NCBI GenBank assembly: GCA_963841915.1
Contig: CAWJEN010000006.1
Span: 1,600,001-1,664,000, forward strand
Origin: an uncultured Planctomycetota bacterium
GTDB taxonomy: Bacteria; Planctomycetota; Phycisphaerae; Tepidisphaerales; Tepidisphaeraceae
Length of the DNA stretch: 64,000 nt
Direction: 5' to 3'
Every line of letters begins with the position of its first letter. The stretch's first letter is position 1. A model generated the notes under the pieces. The model was not told the origin of the DNA and did no database searches. It saw only the letters and a program-made list of their open reading frames with translations. This document shows, piece after piece, positions 58,334-64,000 of the stretch. The position numbers and the translations under genes were made by a program.

Positions 58334-59661
58334 TCGACCTGCTCGCCGAGTCAGCGCTGCTGCGCGTCCTGACGTTGCAGGACCACAACACGCGTGTCGT
58401 CATTCTCGGCACGCTGCTGCTCGGCGTTGCGGCTGGCGTGGTCGGAAGCTTCACGCTGCTCCGCAAACGCGCCCTCATGGGCGACGCTCTGGCTCACGCA
58501 ACGCTGCCAGGCATCGGGCTGGCATTCGTCATCGGTATCAACCTCGGCGGCGGACGGTCGCTGGCACTGCTGCTCAGTGGAGCCGTCGTCACGGGCGTGG
58601 CCGGCTTGTTGCTCGTGCTGATTCTCAGGCGGCAGACACGCCTTAAAGAAGACGCGGCCCTGGGCGTTGTGCTCAGCGTCTTCTTCGGCGGGGGCGTCTG
58701 CATGCTCACCGTCGTCCAGCAGATCGGAAGCGGCTCGGCGGCAGGACTTGAGGGGTTCATCTACGGCAAGACCGCCTCGATGGTCCCGCGCGACGTCTGG
58801 CTCATCGGCATCATCGGCGCGGCGTCCATCGTGACCGTCGTCGTGCTGTTCAAGGAGCTGCGCGTGCTCTGCTTCGATAGTGCCTACGCCCAATCGCAGG
58901 GTTGGCCGGTGCTGCTGCTCGACGTCGCGTTGATGACGCTGGTGACGGCTGTCACCGTGGTCGGCTTGCAGGCGGTCGGGCTGATTCTGGTGATCGCGCT
59001 GCTCATCATCCCGGCGGCAGCGGCGCGGTTCTGGAGCGAGCGGATGCTGCCGATGATGCTCGTCGCAGGCATGCTCGGCGGCGTCAGCTGTGCCGGCGGG
59101 GCGGCCATCAGCGCCATCCGGCCCAAGCTGCCGTCTGGGGCGATGATCGTCCTCTTCGCCACGGCCGTCTTCGGGCTCAGCATGGCTTTCGGCAGCGCCC
59201 GCGGAGTGGTGCCACGTCTGCTTCGCCAGCGACGCCTCAGCCGCAAAGTCACCCAGCAACACCTGCTCCGTGCGATCTACGAGATCAACGAAGAGGCCGA
59301 CGACAACCCGCCCGCACCGCTGCAGGCCTTGCGGTCGCGCCGATCCTGGACGCAACGACACCTTGAGAAGACGATCGACCGAGCCAACCGCGCAGGACTG
59401 GTCCGACGAGACAAGAGCGGTATCTCGCTGACCACGAACGGCATCTTCCACGCTCGGCGCATCGTGCGCAATCACCGTTTGTGGGAAACCTACCTCGTCA
59501 CGCACGCCGATGTCGCACCGTCGCACGTCGACACGGGTGCCGACGCGATCGAGCACGTGCTTGACGCCGACATGATCCGCCGCCTCGAGAAGGTCGCCGC
59601 CGCCGACGACACCGACGTGCCGCCCAGCCCGCACCTTCTCGAACCGGCGGTCACATCATGA
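58330..59661 (+). CDS. Metal ABC permease (TroC-like) fused to a DtxR/MntR-like C-terminal domain
   Basis: ALMGDALAHATLPG; C-terminal IVRNHRLWETYL...ADAIEHVL. Confidence 0.9.
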   Translation: MIDLLAESALLRVLTLQDHNTRVVILGTLLLGVAAGVVGSFTLLRKRALMGDALAHATLPGIGLAFVIGINLGGGRSLALLLSGAVVTGVAGLLLVLILRRQTRLKEDAALGVVLSVFFGGGVCMLTVVQQIGSGSAAGLEGFIYGKTASMVPRDVWLIGIIGAASIVTVVVLFKELRVLCFDSAYAQSQGWPVLLLDVALMTLVTAVTVVGLQAVGLILVIALLIIPAAAARFWSERMLPMMLVAGMLGGVSCAGGAAISAIRPKLPSGAMIVLFATAVFGLSMAFGSARGVVPRLLRQRRLSRKVTQQHLLRAIYEINEEADDNPPAPLQALRSRRSWTQRHLEKTIDRANRAGLVRRDKSGISLTTNGIFHARRIVRNHRLWETYLVTHADVAPSHVDTGADAIEHVLDADMIRRLEKVAAADDTDVPPSPHLLEPAVTS

Positions 59662-60953
59662 GTGCGTTCATCGGCAACTGGAGCTGGTACTTCGACGGCT
59701 GGATCATCGGCGTCGGCATCCTGTGCGGCATCGCGTGCGCGTTGCTGGGCAACTTCCTCGTGCTCCGCAAGATGAGCCTGATGGGCGACGCCATCAGCCA
59801 CGCCGTGCTGCCGGGGCTTGCCATTGCCTTCCTCATCACCGGCAGCCGGGCGAGCATTCCCATGTTCGTCGGCGCCGCCATCGTGGGTGTCTTGACGGCA
59901 CTGCTGACCGAACTTATCCGCGGTTACGGCAAAGTCGACGAAGGGGCGAGCATGGGCGTCGTCTTCACCGGCCTGTTCGCGCTGGGGCTCGTGCTGATCG
60001 TTCAGGTCGCCGACACCGTCGACATCGATCCCGGCTGCGTGCTGTACGGGCTGATGGAGTTCACGCCGCTCGATTCGGTTTCTGTCGCCGGCTGGGAAGT
60101 GCCGCGGGTCGCGCTGACTCTGGCAATTGTCGCAGGTCTCAATCTGACCTTCGTCGTCGTCTTTTACAAAGAGCTCAAGCTCAGCAGCTTCGATCCGAAC
60201 CTCGCCGACACACTCGGCGTCAGTTCGCGGCTCATGCACTACACGCTTATGACGCTCGTCGCCGTCACGGCTGTGGCGAGCTTCGAGGCCGTCGGCAACA
60301 TTCTCGTCGTCGCCGTACTCATCGTTCCGGCGGCGGCCGCGTATCTGCTGACCGATCGGCTGCCGATCATGATCCTGCTCAGTGTCGTCATCGCCACCCT
60401 CGGCGCGATCCTCGGCCACCTCGGGGCCATCAGCGTCCCTCGCGCCTTCGGCTACGGCAGCGTCAGCTCAGCGGGCGGCATGGCGGTCGCACTCGGCTTC
60501 CTGCTCCTCACGGCCGCGCTGCTCGGCCCGCGACACGGCATCCTCAGCAAGGCCTGGCACCGCTTGTCACTCTCGCTCCGCATCGCCCGCGAGGACATCC
60601 TGGCCACGCTCTATCGCCGTGAGGAGCATCCGAACGAGGGCAGAGCGGTCGACCTGTCGCGGCTGCCGGCGGTGCGTCGGTGGCTCGTCCGGCGTCGTCT
60701 TGCCGGCTCCGTTTCGACCGATGGGAACACGCTGTCGCTCACTGAAGTGGGCCGCGACGAAGCACGCGAGCTGATCCGTTCGCACCGGCTGTGGGAGTCA
60801 TACCTCGACAACGAAACGAACCTGCCTCCCGACCAGTTGCACCTCGCGGCTGAGCGGCTGGAACACGCGACCGACGCCGACCTGCGGGCGGCACTCGAGG
60901 GTGATACGGGCGATCCGCGGGTCGACCCGCACGGCCGGGAGATTCCGTCATGA
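59658..60953 (+). CDS. Metal ABC permease (TroD-like) fused to a DtxR/MntR-like C-terminal domain
   Basis: [15 protein letters not shown]-terminal [12 protein letters not shown]...AERLEH...DPHGREIP. Confidence 0.9.
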   Translation: MSAFIGNWSWYFDGWIIGVGILCGIACALLGNFLVLRKMSLMGDAISHAVLPGLAIAFLITGSRASIPMFVGAAIVGVLTALLTELIRGYGKVDEGASMGVVFTGLFALGLVLIVQVADTVDIDPGCVLYGLMEFTPLDSVSVAGWEVPRVALTLAIVAGLNLTFVVVFYKELKLSSFDPNLADTLGVSSRLMHYTLMTLVAVTAVASFEAVGNILVVAVLIVPAAAAYLLTDRLPIMILLSVVIATLGAILGHLGAISVPRAFGYGSVSSAGGMAVALGFLLLTAALLGPRHGILSKAWHRLSLSLRIAREDILATLYRREEHPNEGRAVDLSRLPAVRRWLVRRRLAGSVSTDGNTLSLTEVGRDEARELIRSHRLWESYLDNETNLPPDQLHLAAERLEHATDADLRAALEGDTGDPRVDPHGREIPS

Positions 60954-61141
60954 GCGAAGGCGACTTCAACAGCCCACGCCGCTGGGCCGGCCGCATCGCG
61001 TTCCCGCTGGCGGCGGTGGCGGTGGTGCTGGCTATGAACGGCCTCAAGAGCGAGGGCCAAGCGTGGCCGTGGTTTGTCGCCGCAACGGTCGCAGCCGGCG
61101 CGGGCGCGGTATGTCTGCGTCTGTCGCGGCCGAAGCTTTAG
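60950..61141 (+). CDS. Small two-TM membrane protein
   Basis: ATGA overlap with the permease stop; two hydrophobic segments. Confidence 0.5.
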   Translation: MSEGDFNSPRRWAGRIAFPLAAVAVVLAMNGLKSEGQAWPWFVAATVAAGAGAVCLRLSRPKL

Positions 61142-61170
61142 ACCCGCACTTAGCTGCTCTACCATTCATC

Positions 61171-63012
61171 GTGACGTACGACGTTCTGGTCATCGGTGGT
61201 GGGCACGCGGGCGCTGAAGCTGCGCACGCGGCGGCCAAGCTCGGGGCGTCGGTTGTTCTCGTCACGCTCGACCCGGCGAAGATCGGGCAAATGTCGTGCA
61301 ATCCTGCCATCGGCGGCAGTGCCAAGGGACAGATCGTCCGCGAAATCGACGCCATGGGCGGCGTCATGGGGCTCGCCGCCGACGCCAGCGGCATCCAGTT
61401 TCGCGTGTTGAATCTCAGCAAAGGTGCCGCCGTCCACGGCCCGCGGGCTCAGTGCGATAAGTACCGTTACGCCGCTGTCGTTCGACAGCTTCTCGAAGCC
61501 AATGCAGCCATTGACATTGTTGCCGGCGAGGTCGCCTCTCTCGACGTACACCAAGGCCGCTGCAGGGGCGTGACGCTCGCCGACGGACGATCAATCGACG
61601 CCGCCGCAGTCGTAGTGACGACGGGCACCTTCATGCGAGGCCTGATGCATACGGGCGAAGTCAAAACGCAAGGCGGTCGCGCGGGTGAAGCGGCGAGCGT
61701 CGGCCTGTCCGGAGAGCTTCGCCGGCTTGGCTTCGAAATGGGCCGTCTCAAAACCGGCACGCCGCCAAGGCTGCGAAGCAACTCGATCGACTGGTCACAG
61801 CTCGAAGAGCAACACGGCGACGACCCACCTCGACCGTTCAGCTTTGTCAACGAATATGCGCAGGATTGGCGGCCGCCACTGCGTCAGGTGCCGTGCCACA
61901 TCACGCACACGAACCACGCCGCCCATGAAGCGATCCGCGGCAACCTGCACCGCGCTCCGATGTTCACCGGCGACATCGAAGGCGTAGGCCCCCGCTACTG
62001 CCCCAGCATCGAGGACAAAGTTGTCCGCTTCGCCGACCGCGACAGTCACCAGGTCTTCCTCGAGCCTGAATCACTCGACACCGACGAGATCTACTGCAAC
62101 GGCATCAGCACGAGCCTGCCGGCCGACACGCAGCGACAGATGCTCGACCACATCGTCGGTCTCGAGCAGGCCGAGATCATCAGGCCCGGCTACGCCGTCG
62201 AGTATGACATGGTTTGGCCGACGCAGATCACCAGCACGCTCGAAACCAAGCGGGTGAGCGGCCTGTTCCTGGCCGGCCAGATCAACGGCACGAGCGGCTA
62301 CGAAGAGGCGGCGGCACAAGGGCTTGTCGCCGGCATCAACGCCGCCCACTTCGCCGTCGACGGCGTGGCCGACTTCGTCCTGGGCCGCGACCAGGCTTAC
62401 ATCGGCGTGCTCGTCGATGACCTTGTCACCAAGCCGCCGACCGAGCCGTATCGCATGTTCACCAGCCGGGCCGAGCATCGGCTAAGCCTGCGCAGCGACA
62501 ACGCCGACGAGCGGCTGACGCCGATCGCTCGCGAGCTTGGCCTAGTCGCCCACGAGCGGTGGGACGGCTTTGTCGAGCGACGCGACGCGCTCGATGCAGC
62601 CGTCGCCTGGGCGGGTGAGACACGCGTCGACGGCGACCTTGTCATCAACCACCTACGGCGTGACGGCGAGCGGGCGATCGACTTCGATGCGACGCTTCGA
62701 CCAGACGTCGCCGAACGGCTGGAGACGCGGGCGAAGTACGAGGGTTACCTCAAGCGACAGGGCCGCCAGTTGAAGGAGTTTGCCAATCTTGAGCGCAAGC
62801 CGATCCCGCTCGACCTGGACTACGCCGCCATCAGCGGGTTGCGGAACGAGGCGCGTGAGAAGCTCGTCATCTTCACGCCGCGAAGCCTCGGGCAGGCTCT
62901 GAGGATCAGCGGCATCACGCCGGCGGATGTGACGCTACTGGCCGTCCACCTGTCGCGTCGACTGCGATCGGCGGAGGCGGCAGGCGACAGCTCCAAGAGT
63001 TTTGCGGGGTGA
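61171..63012 (+). CDS. mnmG: tRNA uridine-5-carboxymethylaminomethyl modification enzyme MnmG (GidA)
   Basis: [64 protein letters not shown]. Confidence 0.97.
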   Translation: MTYDVLVIGGGHAGAEAAHAAAKLGASVVLVTLDPAKIGQMSCNPAIGGSAKGQIVREIDAMGGVMGLAADASGIQFRVLNLSKGAAVHGPRAQCDKYRYAAVVRQLLEANAAIDIVAGEVASLDVHQGRCRGVTLADGRSIDAAAVVVTTGTFMRGLMHTGEVKTQGGRAGEAASVGLSGELRRLGFEMGRLKTGTPPRLRSNSIDWSQLEEQHGDDPPRPFSFVNEYAQDWRPPLRQVPCHITHTNHAAHEAIRGNLHRAPMFTGDIEGVGPRYCPSIEDKVVRFADRDSHQVFLEPESLDTDEIYCNGISTSLPADTQRQMLDHIVGLEQAEIIRPGYAVEYDMVWPTQITSTLETKRVSGLFLAGQINGTSGYEEAAAQGLVAGINAAHFAVDGVADFVLGRDQAYIGVLVDDLVTKPPTEPYRMFTSRAEHRLSLRSDNADERLTPIARELGLVAHERWDGFVERRDALDAAVAWAGETRVDGDLVINHLRRDGERAIDFDATLRPDVAERLETRAKYEGYLKRQGRQLKEFANLERKPIPLDLDYAAISGLRNEAREKLVIFTPRSLGQALRISGITPADVTLLAVHLSRRLRSAEAAGDSSKSFAG

Positions 63013-63051
63013 CGATGTCGTATGGAGCGTCATATGTTGCGTTGCAAGCTT

Positions 63052-63351
63052 ATGTCCGACTCCAGAGAACAACACGATCTCATTGCTAAGGCTTTGGGTG
63101 ATCCGCAGCGATTCGCGATCCTCGAGTTTATATGTGAGCAGACGCGTGGAAGCCACGAAGTCGGGTGCAAGGCCATCGTCGCACAGTTTCCGGTCAGCCA
63201 GGCGACGATCAGCCACCACCTCAAAGAGTTGTCACAGGCCGGCTTGATCGAGGGTCGCAAGGAAGGCCAGTGCCTCATGCTCAAGCCCGACCCCTCGGGC
63301 CTGCAGGCATACGTCGGGCGGCTGAATCGGTTGTTGCAGGAAGCGTGCTGA
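63052..63351 (+). CDS. ArsR/SmtB-family transcriptional regulator
   Basis: KALGDPQRFAIL, SQATISHHLKEL. Confidence 0.9.
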   Translation: MSDSREQHDLIAKALGDPQRFAILEFICEQTRGSHEVGCKAIVAQFPVSQATISHHLKELSQAGLIEGRKEGQCLMLKPDPSGLQAYVGRLNRLLQEAC

Positions 63352-63362
63352 ACCACCCGGAG

Positions 63363-63998
63363 TCAGTCACGCACGCTGTCAATCACCCGCAGTGTGTCGT
63401 CATCACTGCGCGGCTGCGTCGTCTGACTTCCGCCGACGAAGCCCAGCAGCCACATCAGCGCGAGCAGCACCGCCAAGACCACGCAAGCGACCGCCATCAA
63501 GGGTCGATCGACGCGGGTCAGCCACGCCACGCCCAGAAGCACGATCACGCCGAGCCCGATAACAACAGCCACCGCTGTGGCCGAGACGTTGACGAAGGAC
63601 ATGACAAGAAGGAACCCGAGCAGCGCGACGACTCCGACACCGACTGCCATGATGATCGGGACTGCCTCGCTGCTGTCACCCAGCGGGATGTCAAGGGCAC
63701 GCACGTCCGGCTCTGCCGACATCCGGGCTGATCGTTCGAGGTCGCGATCCCGCAGTTTACCGGTCGTCGTCGACGTGCGGTCGTTGCTGCGCGAGACGGT
63801 CGCGTTGGTACCGCTGGCGTCGGTGACGACGACCTGCGCGCCAGAGGCTGACGTGGTCGTCGACCGCTTGGGACCGGCCGGATCGGTCGCGTCGCCGCGC
63901 TCACGACGGACGCTGGAGCCCCGCTCGGCGTCGAAGCCCGAGCCGTTACCCGGCACGCCGCGACCCTCGGGAGACTCTTTCAATCCGTATGCGCCACC
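63363..63998 (-). CDS. Hypothetical membrane protein, probably 5'-partial
   Basis: Frame open to the window edge; three hydrophobic segments near the C-terminus. Confidence 0.55.
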   Translation of the reverse strand, partial: GGAYGLKESPEGRGVPGNGSGFDAERGSSVRRERGDATDPAGPKRSTTTSASGAQVVVTDASGTNATVSRSNDRTSTTTGKLRDRDLERSARMSAEPDVRALDIPLGDSSEAVPIIMAVGVGVVALLGFLLVMSFVNVSATAVAVVIGLGVIVLLGVAWLTRVDRPLMAVACVVLAVLLALMWLLGFVGGSQTTQPRSDDDTLRVIDSVRD

Positions 63999-64000
63999 GA

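Overview
A GC-rich bacterial chromosome window. PEP-CTERM proteins, DUF1559/H-X9-DG prepilin-like proteins and many sulfatases point to Planctomycetota, probably Phycisphaerae (inference). Housekeeping genes (trmD, rplS, msrA, a TlyA-like methyltransferase, a TroABCD-type metal ABC transporter, mnmG) flank several polysaccharide-utilisation loci (two GH2, GH78, a GH144-like enzyme, four intact sulfatases, SSS and ABC transporters, LacI and AraC regulators). Most notable: (1) dnaE2 carries an in-frame 459-bp insertion bounded by inverted arrays of an 8-bp tandem repeat and containing, in another frame, a four-helix-bundle (23S-IVS-protein-like) gene, and a lone array of the same octamer lies at about 48.0 kb; (2) directly downstream is a three-gene operon (membrane RCK/TrkA-N + RyR-domain protein, TRPM/LSDAT-like SLOG protein, patatin phospholipase) that looks like an uncharacterised nucleotide-sensing defence or signalling system; (3) three parS-like sites cluster at 7.9-9.1 kb. 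Several genes are frameshifted or internally deleted. All family calls come from motifs recognised by eye; no database searches were run. No rRNA, tRNA or CRISPR array was recognised.
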